A stretch of 64,000 bases of DNA from an uncultured virus (IMG/VR IMGVR_UViG_3300037067_015069) (lineage: Duplodnaviria > Heunggongvirae > Uroviricota > Caudoviricetes): positions 1 through 64,000 of the IMG/VR virus record IMGVR_UViG_3300037067_015069. One strand, written 5' to 3'. Positions 55,488 through 64,000 of the stretch are shown here, piece by piece. The stretch's first letter is position 1; each line of letters starts with the position of its first letter. A program made the translations under genes and the position numbers. Below the pieces are notes generated by a model, which was not told the DNA's origin, did not search any database, and saw nothing but the letters and a program-made list of their open reading frames with translations.

Positions 55488-55495
55488 ATTGTCAA
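55467..55495 (-). promoter_or_regulatory. Consensus sigma70 promoter TTGACA-N17-TATAAT for the endonuclease gene
   Basis: Minus strand reads TTGACA (55495-55490) ATTCCCGAAGTCGGAAC TATAAT (55472-55467), 24 nt before the ATG. Confidence 0.9.
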
Positions 55496-55549
55496 GGTAT
55501 TTTATGCGGAGGAGAGTAAAATCGAGCGCAAATGCCCTATTTTACTGGC

Positions 55550-58500
55550 TTACAGGGAGGACCGAAGGTGGAATTGGGCTAATATGTATAACAAAGAGAA
55601 GATAGGTGCGTAATAAGCCGATATTTCACATGTGCTTGGGTCGTTCACTGATACATTAGCCTTAACACCAGTATAGGCAGAGATGATTTGTGCAGCAACC
55701 AAGGACTTGAGCATCATGGCCAGCCGACCTTCAATCTGTGATAGGATCCCCGGTAGGAACTTGATTCCTACGAATTGTTCCAGAACAGAACGAGTTTGTT
55801 TCTGGACCTCATCTGAAATCAGAGTAATCGTGGGGAGTTTGACCAAAATGTTGGTCATGTCGGTCGTCAGCCCGTGCCGCACTTTGATGTAAGGAGGCTG
55901 ATCCTCTAGTACGGTCACACCCTTGACTGCGATCTGATTCTGCTCCACGGCATCCAATTGACGAGCTAGCTGATTGAAACCAACCAATCTACGTCCAGTC
56001 CAGGGGGTTGCCACGTCAGTGTTAGGGCTGACGATTTGACCAGTCAAAGCCGCAGCTAGGAAAGGTCCATCTACCAGGTACTCTTTAGAAGTACCCGTAA
56101 CATCCTGGATGGTAATGGTTGCCATATCGGGGTAAACCACTCGCATACGGGAATCGCTTAACTGACCTGCTGTATAGATCACATTCGAAGGGGTAGACCC
56201 AGCAACCATACCTAGAATGCTAGTCCTCTCAGAACGATAACGCATAGAAGACATCAAAGCATTGGATCTCTTCAGATAGAGATACAGGTCTGTGCTATCC
56301 CCACGCATTAGGGTAATCATATCAGGCTGAACCTGACCAGGAAGAACCCCTTCCAATTCATCGATAGCGTTTCGGTAAGCATCCACAGAAGCTTGGGTAC
56401 TATCGGTATCCCTCTGAACCTGTTTGACGCCTACAATCACAGCACCGTTAATCATTGCCAAGTAGGCAGCCAAGCTTACAGGGTTATCCGGAGATAGCGT
56501 ACCGTAAGCTGCCTGAACTGCAGAGACCTTCGTAAAGAACCGAGTAGTGAAATCCTGCTTTTCATAGATGTAGGTGACATAATAGAAATCACCTACTGCA
56601 GGTTCATTTCCTCCACGTTCATGGGTGGTAGCCTCTGCAGTATCCCCAACAGCTAAACCGTTAGTATCCGAAACTAACAGCTCGACCCCAGGAATTGAAG
56701 TCTGAGGCAAATTGGAATCAGTAGTAAAAGTAGTCCCAACACTGATCCTAAAGGTTGCATTTGCTCCAGTCGGGTAAGCAACCCAAGGACCAGAACTATC
56801 GGTAGCCCAATTGCGGGGCAGAATGGTGAAAGTCAGACCGGTTACTAGATCCCGATAGGTCTGACCAACCACACCGTCCTGACCAAGACCCGTACCTGCA
56901 GGATTCAGGATTGACAGATTAGCTGATCCGGAACCCACAGGGTTACTAGAAACGACAAAGAAACCACTTAGTGCGGCATCCCCTGTTGCCCCATCCCCAT
57001 CTACAGCACCTAAACCAGTGGTATAACGCAAAGCATTATCGACTAGCCCGTTGGTGTCCTTGAGAACCACATTAGAACCGGCACCTAAATTGGTATCCAA
57101 CTCCGTAGATGGCATATCCTCAAGGAACAGATAGAGTTTACCAGTGCTATCCATTTCCGTGGAAGCGATACCCCACTTGGTGAAAGAATCCCCAGCACTT
57201 TCAGTAGCAAACACATTAAGCCAAGTAGCAAAGGTGGCCTGGCGATGGGACATCAGTGCTGACGCTAGATTTGCTGCAGGAACCAAAACGCGAAGTGCGG
57301 TGGTACCTTCAGAGAATCCAGTAAACAAAGTATTGGCAAGCCCATCATTAATAGTGATTCGAGAAGTAGTGTCAGACTTTGCACTCACTAACCGGATTCC
57401 AACACCTTCTTGACGAACCATATTTGCAGAATAGATAGTTCCAGCAACTCCCCAAGGGGCCCCAGGAACTGCTGCCATTGCATCAATAATCTGATCCAGC
57501 ACTGACCCGTTGCTGCCTCCAGAAGCGGGGCCAAGATTAGTAGCCGTACCACTTGCCGAACTAGTAAAGCTTACTGTTACCGGATAACCGTCTACTTCAA
57601 AGATGAGAGTATCATTAGCGGCACGAACACCTGTGCCATCATAGAAAATTACCTGAACTTGATGGGTCGCCCCACCACCGGTTTCCTGGCCGCTAGCCTG
57701 GGAGATATCACAGGCTAGGGTTGCAGGGTGTACTACTGCCGCGGATCCCGCCACTGCAGACATACCAGTAGTCAAACCAGCCATTTCGCAGTCAGACTTG
57801 ACTTCAATAGAGCCCAGACTGGACACGAAATCTGCCGCCATGGAACCGCCGCCACCGGGGAGAATCCGGTTACGTAGGATTAGACGGTCGTACAGCTTCG
57901 CCACGCTACCTGGAGCGTTAGGGCACTGACGGGTGCGAGCAACAGGTGCCTGCAGCAGTGCCGCCTGTCCTGTGCCTCCTACAGCCCCTACATCGAGCCC
58001 TGCCAGGATGCAGAAATCCTTGGCAGGGGTTGCATTAGCAACAAACTGTAGATAGCCTGCTGCGTCCACACCAGGCAGCTGGAGCCGGAACTCTAGTTGC
58101 CCGGAAGCATTCGCCACACATTCTACAATCAACCCTGCGAAAGCTGGGAAAGCCCCAACTTTAGCGGCAACGGCTACTGCGATCTGAGCACTAACTTCAG
58201 TAGCTAACGCTGCTGCGGTTGCAAAAGGACCATCTCCCAGATCCGCAACTAGGGCTGTGGTTCCAGTTGAAGTTGAACCAACATAAATGAAAGATAGTTT
58301 GTCAAATTTATCCGCAGCCAACGTGATTGGGCTATCAAATTTAGTAGATCCGACCAAAGCAGACCGAGCATCTGGGTTATAGATATAGTATGGGTTTGTA
58401 GCCACAGGAGGTACCGCAGGTCCACCCGGCCAATCCGAATCAATTGTGGCAACCTTAGTTGACCCAACATATGCTGTAATGGTACGGGTTGTGCCTGCTA

Positions 58501-60913
58501 CCGCAGCGCCACCATTACCAATAACTACTTTCCAACCGACATACACATTGTCTATATCAGAAGCAGTAGAAGCTAACACAAGGGTGTTAGCGATAGACCC
58601 TGCCTGAGCCAAACCTTTAGTTCCGCTTGCCGCCTCATTGATAGCATCTGCGAAGAAACTAATATCTACTGGAGTTGCTATTGAAGTGGGGGTCTTTACA
58701 TCTACGTCAACCCCATCAATAGCAATAGTGAACTCTTCAGAAGCCGTAACTTCGTAACTCTGTCCTTCTACGCAACCTGTGCCGCCTGTGTAAACGATCT
58801 CATCGCTTACGATAGAAGCAAAGTAGCCCCCTACATGTGCCGCCACATTTGAAGGGGTAGCTAAATCGATACCTGCAGAAGTTCCTACTTCAGTGCTGTG
58901 GATTTGCATACGGAGACGATCTGAAGCCGCACGGATAAACTCATATCCCCCAGCCCCAGGAACCGTATACTTAGCAGGGGTTGCTACCTTAGCAGCAAAC
59001 TGCACCGTAGCAGTCTCATCTACAGGACCCGTGTAATAAGAGGTGTCTGTAGGAGCCTCATACCTGAAATCAGGCATTAGCTCAGATCCCGAAGGGAACT
59101 CTATAGTTACGCCATTAAGTGAGGAACCTTTGGTTCCGGTCGTAAACTTTACAGACTTAACCAAATCCCCAGCGGAATCCTGCATGGTATAGGTACCAAT
59201 ACCGGAAATACCAGGATTTTGTACCGTAAGAGTATAAGTCTCATCAGTCAGATTGTTGTAGTAGTAGGTAGCATAAACAGTGGCTCCAACTGGAACCGGG
59301 CTCTTTAGAGTGAAATTCAAACCGTCAACAGAAAGTACATCCTGCCGACCATTTTCCAAGGCATTCTGAATATCAAAACCCCAGTAAACCCAAATCACGT
59401 CGGGGCGATTGACAGGTAGATCAATCCTGCCATTACTGATAGTCTGGAAACGATCTTGTCCCAATGGGGTATTACGACCATTACCCAGAGTAGGCTGATT
59501 AGGTAGAGTGAAATTGTAACGATCTTCTACTGCAGTCCCTCCGGAAGAAGTTACCACAGGACTGCACTCACCTAGGAAAAACTGATTGTCTACCAGACTT
59601 CCAGAAACTTGAGTTTCGTTAAAAGAGGAGTATCCGGAGGTTGTAGTCCCTGCAGCAACAGTTAGGGCAGTTCCCCAAAGAACCTTATCGTCCTGCAGTA
59701 CGAAATCGGTACCTTGTACGTAAGCAGACCCCCCAGGAACCTCACCGCACCTGGTGATACTAGTGACCCCTACGTTTGCGAGGTAGTCATAGGTATCCTG
59801 CCAAGTGTTGAAATAATACTGAATGGCAACTGTAGCACTTTGAGGAGGTGCTACAGGCAGAGTTACGGCCCTGGTTGAACCATTAACGGAGCTGGGGATA
59901 ACCTGGACATTATTTACTCGAACAACAACGTTAGCCGGATCTGTAGTGGTAACCCCACCATTTGATCCATCTACGATAGGTCCGTTAAAAACGTAAAAAG
60001 TGCTGGTACGGTTATCAGCCTGTCCTGAAATCAACCCCAAAGAAGCGTTGACAGAACCACTCCGGATAGCCAAACTGCTTGTCGCGTACAAAGAAAGTGC
60101 AGAATGCCCAAACTGATTGATGAAAGTAGATGCAGTTAGGGTGCCCCCACGAAGAGCTGTAATTGCGGAAGCAATCTGAGCCATAGTGTAATTAGTTCTG
60201 GGGGGAATAGTTAGAGTCAGATCTACCCCATCCACAGTAACTAATAAGATATTATTAGCAGAAACTAGCACTGACCCATCAGGAGCCAGAATGTCACCAT
60301 GTAGGTCCAATACGGTTACGGGACTGGTAGGGTTGGTAGCGTTAGCATCCCCAATACCTACTGTAGCGCGTACTGTTGCCAAACGTGCAGGCACCTGATC
60401 AGACACATCATCGGTAACCCGAGTATCAGTCCGCTTAAAATAGTAGGTGCAACGAACTAGATCTGTAGCTAGAGGGGCCTGGGTTAACTGAACAATACCT
60501 CGGGCACCGTCTAGGGAACGCACCATGATGGGCTGACCATTCACGGTCACACTCACATCAGTCCTATTGGAAGATGCAGTTCCTCTACCAGAACCATCTA
60601 CGATAGGATAATGCTGGACTCGGAATTTATCCAAGACACCATTGAAAGCGCCCAAAGTAACTATCCCAGATTGTGAAATAGCCACTACCGCGTGCCCTGT
60701 GGCATCCTCGTCTACTCGACGTTGATCCACGGAGGAAGAAGATCCTCGAACCACTTCCAGGTCCTGTTGGATAAGGGTCTCGGTACCCTCACCAACAATT
60801 ACTGGAAGTAGGTTAGTGCTGTTAGCACTAGCGAGAGGATTTTCATAGGAAGTTTGGGTGTATACGCCTGGGGGAGCATAGTTCTGACCGGGGAAATCTT
60901 GGGGGAATGCCAT
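55550..60913 (-). CDS. Contractile tail sheath protein, greatly enlarged (~1787 aa)
   Basis: N-terminal YAPPGVYTQT; C-terminal sheath core (RMRVVYPD, FLAAALTG, GVTVLE...VRHGLTT, LEQFVGIK, YYAPIFSLLYI); ATG 60913 has a GAGGTG RBS. Confidence 0.9.
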   Translation of the reverse strand: MAFPQDFPGQNYAPPGVYTQTSYENPLASANSTNLLPVIVGEGTETLIQQDLEVVRGSSSSVDQRRVDEDATGHAVVAISQSGIVTLGAFNGVLDKFRVQHYPIVDGSGRGTASSNRTDVSVTVNGQPIMVRSLDGARGIVQLTQAPLATDLVRCTYYFKRTDTRVTDDVSDQVPARLATVRATVGIGDANATNPTSPVTVLDLHGDILAPDGSVLVSANNILLVTVDGVDLTLTIPPRTNYTMAQIASAITALRGGTLTASTFINQFGHSALSLYATSSLAIRSGSVNASLGLISGQADNRTSTFYVFNGPIVDGSNGGVTTTDPANVVVRVNNVQVIPSSVNGSTRAVTLPVAPPQSATVAIQYYFNTWQDTYDYLANVGVTSITRCGEVPGGSAYVQGTDFVLQDDKVLWGTALTVAAGTTTSGYSSFNETQVSGSLVDNQFFLGECSPVVTSSGGTAVEDRYNFTLPNQPTLGNGRNTPLGQDRFQTISNGRIDLPVNRPDVIWVYWGFDIQNALENGRQDVLSVDGLNFTLKSPVPVGATVYATYYYNNLTDETYTLTVQNPGISGIGTYTMQDSAGDLVKSVKFTTGTKGSSLNGVTIEFPSGSELMPDFRYEAPTDTSYYTGPVDETATVQFAAKVATPAKYTVPGAGGYEFIRAASDRLRMQIHSTEVGTSAGIDLATPSNVAAHVGGYFASIVSDEIVYTGGTGCVEGQSYEVTASEEFTIAIDGVDVDVKTPTSIATPVDISFFADAINEAASGTKGLAQAGSIANTLVLASTASDIDNVYVGWKVVIGNGGAAVAGTTRTITAYVGSTKVATIDSDWPGGPAVPPVATNPYYIYNPDARSALVGSTKFDSPITLAADKFDKLSFIYVGSTSTGTTALVADLGDGPFATAAALATEVSAQIAVAVAAKVGAFPAFAGLIVECVANASGQLEFRLQLPGVDAAGYLQFVANATPAKDFCILAGLDVGAVGGTGQAALLQAPVARTRQCPNAPGSVAKLYDRLILRNRILPGGGGSMAADFVSSLGSIEVKSDCEMAGLTTGMSAVAGSAAVVHPATLACDISQASGQETGGGATHQVQVIFYDGTGVRAANDTLIFEVDGYPVTVSFTSSASGTATNLGPASGGSNGSVLDQIIDAMAAVPGAPWGVAGTIYSANMVRQEGVGIRLVSAKSDTTSRITINDGLANTLFTGFSEGTTALRVLVPAANLASALMSHRQATFATWLNVFATESAGDSFTKWGIASTEMDSTGKLYLFLEDMPSTELDTNLGAGSNVVLKDTNGLVDNALRYTTGLGAVDGDGATGDAALSGFFVVSSNPVGSGSANLSILNPAGTGLGQDGVVGQTYRDLVTGLTFTILPRNWATDSSGPWVAYPTGANATFRISVGTTFTTDSNLPQTSIPGVELLVSDTNGLAVGDTAEATTHERGGNEPAVGDFYYVTYIYEKQDFTTRFFTKVSAVQAAYGTLSPDNPVSLAAYLAMINGAVIVGVKQVQRDTDSTQASVDAYRNAIDELEGVLPGQVQPDMITLMRGDSTDLYLYLKRSNALMSSMRYRSERTSILGMVAGSTPSNVIYTAGQLSDSRMRVVYPDMATITIQDVTGTSKEYLVDGPFLAAALTGQIVSPNTDVATPWTGRRLVGFNQLARQLDAVEQNQIAVKGVTVLEDQPPYIKVRHGLTTDMTNILVKLPTITLISDEVQKQTRSVLEQFVGIKFLPGILSQIEGRLAMMLKSLVAAQIISAYTGVKANVSVNDPSTCEISAYYAPIFSLLYILAQFHLRSSL

Positions 60914-61002
60914 TTTCTTCACCTCATCTTGTGGAAAGCCCAAGCAAGCTGTAAAACCACGGCACTACCTGCCGGGAAAAGTAGGGTGTGTAACACCCTC
61001 TT

Positions 61003-61033
61003 CTATGAGGTGCAGACTATAAGATGGATATTG
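61003..61033 (-). promoter_or_regulatory. Putative late promoter motif copy (CAAT-ATCCATC-TTATA-N11-ATAG) upstream of the sheath gene
   Basis: Intergenic motif match, followed by a 7-bp hairpin at 60983-60999. Confidence 0.55.
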
Positions 61034-61040
61034 AGGAAAA

Positions 61041-61481
61041 TTATTCTTCTTTAGTGGCTGGGGGGTGTAACCTACGCATAGCCAAACTGTGAATCAAATT
61101 TGCACGGGCATGTATATCCCTAGCTTGTGGTTCTAGTACCCTGTAGGAACCGTCTGGGTTTTTTGATAAATGATGCCTTTTCGCCCCAGTGTCTCTGAGA
61201 ACTTGTTCTTTATCTTTATTTCGCTCATCTATGGCTTCCCAACCTTGATTTGCACTTTGACCAATTGCACGATCTATACTCACGTCAAGTTGGGAAATAC
61301 CAGTATTTTGTGGGACAGGCCCTGTAACTTCTTGATGAAACACTCCATCAATATCAGTAGGGGTGCACCTAGAAGCATTATCTTTACAACTAGGGCAAGC
61401 TTTTGGTTTTTGGTAATCTTTGATTGAGGCAGAAGCTTCAAACCTTAACCCACAGGTACAAAGATAAGTATATACTGGCAT
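61041..61481 (-). CDS. FmdB-family zinc ribbon protein
   Basis: MPVYTYLCTCGLRFE...ACPSC matches the MPxYxYxCxxCGxxFE...CPxC pattern. Confidence 0.75.
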   Translation of the reverse strand: MPVYTYLCTCGLRFEASASIKDYQKPKACPSCKDNASRCTPTDIDGVFHQEVTGPVPQNTGISQLDVSIDRAIGQSANQGWEAIDERNKDKEQVLRDTGAKRHHLSKNPDGSYRVLEPQARDIHARANLIHSLAMRRLHPPATKEE

Positions 61482-61490
61482 TTGAAATCC

Positions 61491-62720
61491 TTAGTTTATA
61501 AGCTCATAGGTACTAATTCTACCCGAGAAGAAAGGATCTACAACAGTTTCTAGGTTTAGAGACTCAAGCATCTTGACGTCATTAGTTTGTTCTGCTACTT
61601 CTTCATCTGTCATGGAAGCCAAAGCCTCTGCCTGTTCCACAGTTAATGGGATAGCATGCCTCAAGAATATAGGCAAAGGTACGTCTATATGCCATTCTGT
61701 ACTCAAAGTCAAAGATAATGTTGAGTTGTAAAAATAATCGTCTCCATTTTCATCGTACGTTTCTTCACTTTCCCCACCCATAGAAAGCTCCGTCATTTCT
61801 ATCCCTTCTGTAGAAAGATAAGAACGAAGAATACCCCAAAGATAGGTAACAGTAAAATCAGTTATCTCCCGCTCTGCATGTATATCTCTAGCAATGATAT
61901 CCAAATCAAAACCAATTTCCCAACGACCACCGTACTCTAATGCAGAAGGTTGCCTAATCCCCTGAACCACTACCGCCATACGGTCATTAGCTTCATTTCT
62001 TCTGCCGAAAGCTAACACGGTACCAGGGATTGCGGTATTGTCTGCCCTACCTGGAGTAAACTTGAAAGGTCCAGTAGAGGTACCGGCATATCTATAATCT
62101 GCAACTATATACCGGCCTCCTGTTAGGGGTTGGGTCAATACTACTTCCCCAGTAGGGACTCCTTGGGGATCTACTGTCAAAGTATAGTTAGTACCTTCGA
62201 ATAGCATATAGCAGGCAGGCATTTCGTAAACTCTTAGGGAACCTGTGTGAGGCTGATGCACTAGCTGACCGGTGCTATTACTAGTTAATTGAACGATCTC
62301 TTGAAAGGCATCCAATAATGGATCAACATAAAAATACTCGGCAGGGCCTTCAGGATCATTCTTATTAGGATCTGTAGTTATCTCTATAAAATAGACTCCT
62401 GCAGGAGAAGGAAACCTCCCACCGTTATTTTGAATAGCTACAGAGTCTTCCCTAACCCATTCTATAGCTTGACCAGGATAGTTCTTGACCTTATTTAGAT
62501 ACACATAGCTTTCTATCACCCCCAAATAATTATCTGGGGATAAATCCACACGGTTTCCAGAACTAGGCTTTACAATAATCCCATAGCTTGGTCTTTCTTT
62601 AAAAGAATATTTACCCTGGATGTTTGGGACTATTTTCTTATAACGAGGATGGGAAGCCCAATATCGACGCAGCTCTAGAATTAATCTGTTTGTCAAAGAC
62701 TCTGTTAGCATAAAATACAT
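61491..62720 (-). CDS. Putative tail terminator/tail completion protein
   Basis: Position upstream of sheath; WEIGFDLDIIARD...EITD...SLTLSTEW fits a terminator-type fold. Confidence 0.5.
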   Translation of the reverse strand: MYFMLTESLTNRLILELRRYWASHPRYKKIVPNIQGKYSFKERPSYGIIVKPSSGNRVDLSPDNYLGVIESYVYLNKVKNYPGQAIEWVREDSVAIQNNGGRFPSPAGVYFIEITTDPNKNDPEGPAEYFYVDPLLDAFQEIVQLTSNSTGQLVHQPHTGSLRVYEMPACYMLFEGTNYTLTVDPQGVPTGEVVLTQPLTGGRYIVADYRYAGTSTGPFKFTPGRADNTAIPGTVLAFGRRNEANDRMAVVVQGIRQPSALEYGGRWEIGFDLDIIARDIHAEREITDFTVTYLWGILRSYLSTEGIEMTELSMGGESEETYDENGDDYFYNSTLSLTLSTEWHIDVPLPIFLRHAIPLTVEQAEALASMTDEEVAEQTNDVKMLESLNLETVVDPFFSGRISTYELIN

Positions 62721-62724
62721 ATGA

Positions 62725-62934
62725 TCAGGCTCCTGAAACTACTCGCCCAGAAACAAAATAAGTATGAGGATCTAATTTTGTAAGGTATTCCTCATGAAAA
62801 GATTCAGGATCAAGTTTGTAGGTTTGGCTTTTGAAATCATACTCCCCATTTTTATTTACAAAATGAGTTTCTACGCTTACAAAAACAGCCTTGACCTTTT
62901 CCAAGTTACTTACCTCGTTTTTTTGCAACTCCAA
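62725..62934 (-). CDS. Small hypothetical protein
   Basis: 69-aa ORF filling the gap between co-oriented genes; start uncertain. Confidence 0.4.
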   Translation of the reverse strand: MELQKNEVSNLEKVKAVFVSVETHFVNKNGEYDFKSQTYKLDPESFHEEYLTKLDPHTYFVSGRVVSGA

Positions 62935-63280
62935 ACTCTTTAAGTTTTTCAGACAAAGCCTTATCTACCGCTTTATCTATCAGGATGGGGAGATCCTTCC
63001 TTAAAGCTTCCAATTGTTGTTGGATCACAGTAGCCAAATCTGGAGGGGGAGGATTAAGTGCGGTTGCATTTTTTACAGGAATGGTTTGAACTATAGGCTT
63101 TGTCTCAGTTCTCTTCAAGTACTCAACTTTCACCGCTCCAATTTGTTTTAAGTGTTCTAAATCCATTGATTTTTTTGCAGTGTGCTCATCCAATACTAAA
63201 ATTTCCCCTTGAGACATTGTTTTATTCAAATCAGAAATTCTGATAATCCTACAATTACACGTCACCCGAACTTCGATCAC
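62906..63280 (-). CDS. Hypothetical protein
   Basis: 124-aa ORF, GTGA overlap with the upstream stop, AGGAG RBS. Confidence 0.6.
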   Translation of the reverse strand: MIEVRVTCNCRIIRISDLNKTMSQGEILVLDEHTAKKSMDLEHLKQIGAVKVEYLKRTETKPIVQTIPVKNATALNPPPPDLATVIQQQLEALRKDLPILIDKAVDKALSEKLKEFGVAKKRGK

Positions 63281-63879
63281 TTCTGATCTCCTTTCATCGC
63301 CTTAGCCATCTCTGCCGCAATGATCCGAGCGCACATTTTTCTTCCTTTTCGGATTGCATTTTCTAAAAAAGTAAATCTTGCAATACCAGGATGAACCCAA
63401 GCATCTTTCAATTTAAGGGGTGCCATCCTGAAAATAACCTCACCTGCCTTAGTTTTTATAGGAACAATAAGAGGCTTTCTTTTACCATTAGAAATTCTTC
63501 CGTTTCTCCTCATCCGTAATCTTTTTTCAGTATCTGTTAAATGATACCGCAAAGGTTGCTTATCCTTAGCCTCTTGGGTTAGCCAAGGCATCTCCCTACT
63601 TGGAATATCTCCTTTAGCTAATTCTTTCATCCCATAAAAAGACGAGAGTATCTCTAAATCAGAACCCACAACCCGATAGGAAAAGGATCTCCAGATTGGA
63701 GGTCCCCCCATGGGATCCTTTCCGGACCAACCTCTTTTTTCGAAGTAATTTTGGGATTCCCCCCTAAGCAACCCCACCAAGCAAGACCCTAACTTTCTCA
63801 GGACTCTCTTATCCAAAGCCACATCTGCTAACTTAGCAAACGGATCTCCTTTAACCCCACGTACTTTAACCGCCATCAA
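63277..63879 (-). CDS. Basic neck/virion morphogenesis protein (HK97 gp10-like or T4-neck-like)
   Basis: Very basic; WVHPGIARFTFLENAI resembles the HPG..a.pFl motif of tail-completion proteins; position upstream of the tail module. Confidence 0.5.
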   Translation of the reverse strand: MMAVKVRGVKGDPFAKLADVALDKRVLRKLGSCLVGLLRGESQNYFEKRGWSGKDPMGGPPIWRSFSYRVVGSDLEILSSFYGMKELAKGDIPSREMPWLTQEAKDKQPLRYHLTDTEKRLRMRRNGRISNGKRKPLIVPIKTKAGEVIFRMAPLKLKDAWVHPGIARFTFLENAIRKGRKMCARIIAAEMAKAMKGDQK

Positions 63880-63880
63880 C

Positions 63881-64000
63881 TCACCATTCTATGTTAGCCC
63901 AAGCAGGGGTACGCCCTCGGGGCTGTTTCTCTGCAGGAACATCTGTCTCATTAGATTCCATAGGTATCTGAGAATCCGCACCTTCAGGGTAAGGATCACT
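63881..64000 (-). CDS. 3' end of an upstream gene truncated by the window edge (...EKQPRGRTPAWANIEW*)
   Basis: Open frame of 39 codons plus TGA at 63881-63883; hand-translated. Confidence 0.6.
   Translation of the reverse strand, partial: SDPYPEGADSQIPMESNETDVPAEKQPRGRTPAWANIEW

Noticed and set aside
60914..60943. Upstream TTG start giving MGFPQDEVKK before MAFPQD in the sheath
   Set aside because: ATG 60913 has the RBS; the FPQD echo is too short to interpret
1..64000. Bacterial eCIS, tailocin or T6SS locus rather than a phage
   Set aside because: Neck-type genes, a homing-endonuclease-like insertion, capsid-like fragments, very large proteins and no host housekeeping genes favour a jumbo phage; capsid and terminase genes are not in view, so this is not formally excluded
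1..64000. Alternative genetic code (stop codon reassignment)
   Set aside because: Code 11 gives very long ORFs and near-complete coding density; TAA, TAG and TGA all end genes at tight junctions
1..64000. CRISPR array, tRNA or rRNA genes, inteins
   Set aside because: Intergenic gaps are at most about 200 nt with no spaced repeats or cloverleaf recognised; no intein end motifs noticed in the giant ORFs (by eye only)

Overview
The window is a densely packed, almost entirely minus-strand virion morphogenesis operon, most consistent with a large or jumbo myovirus-type bacteriophage using the standard genetic code. Read from right to left it encodes: neck/tail-completion genes, a giant (~1790 aa) tail sheath, an accessory island, tail tube, two chaperone-like genes, tape measure, two tube-initiator paralogues, a baseplate hub with an inserted lytic transglycosylase, a spike, a 3843-aa virion protein, gp25-like, baseplate-J-like and wedge proteins, then three tandem mosaic fibre-like paralogues and two small paralogues. 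No capsid, terminase or replication genes are in view. The best signals are in and around the ~7.5 kb island between sheath and tube. (1) A free-standing Zn-finger/PD-(D/E)xK-type endonuclease has a perfect TTGACA-17-TATAAT promoter nested in a 15-bp hairpin that also holds its RBS. (2) Two plus-strand ORFs look like stand-alone fragments of an HK97-fold major capsid protein. (3) A four-gene cluster, in which three proteins share an N-terminal L-x3-WG...KxA motif, may encode capsid-packaged cargo. (4) A conserved non-sigma70 motif CRWT-N7-YTATM-N10/11-RTAG precedes five minus-strand gene starts and is a candidate late promoter. All protein family calls come from motif recognition and gene order, not database searches.
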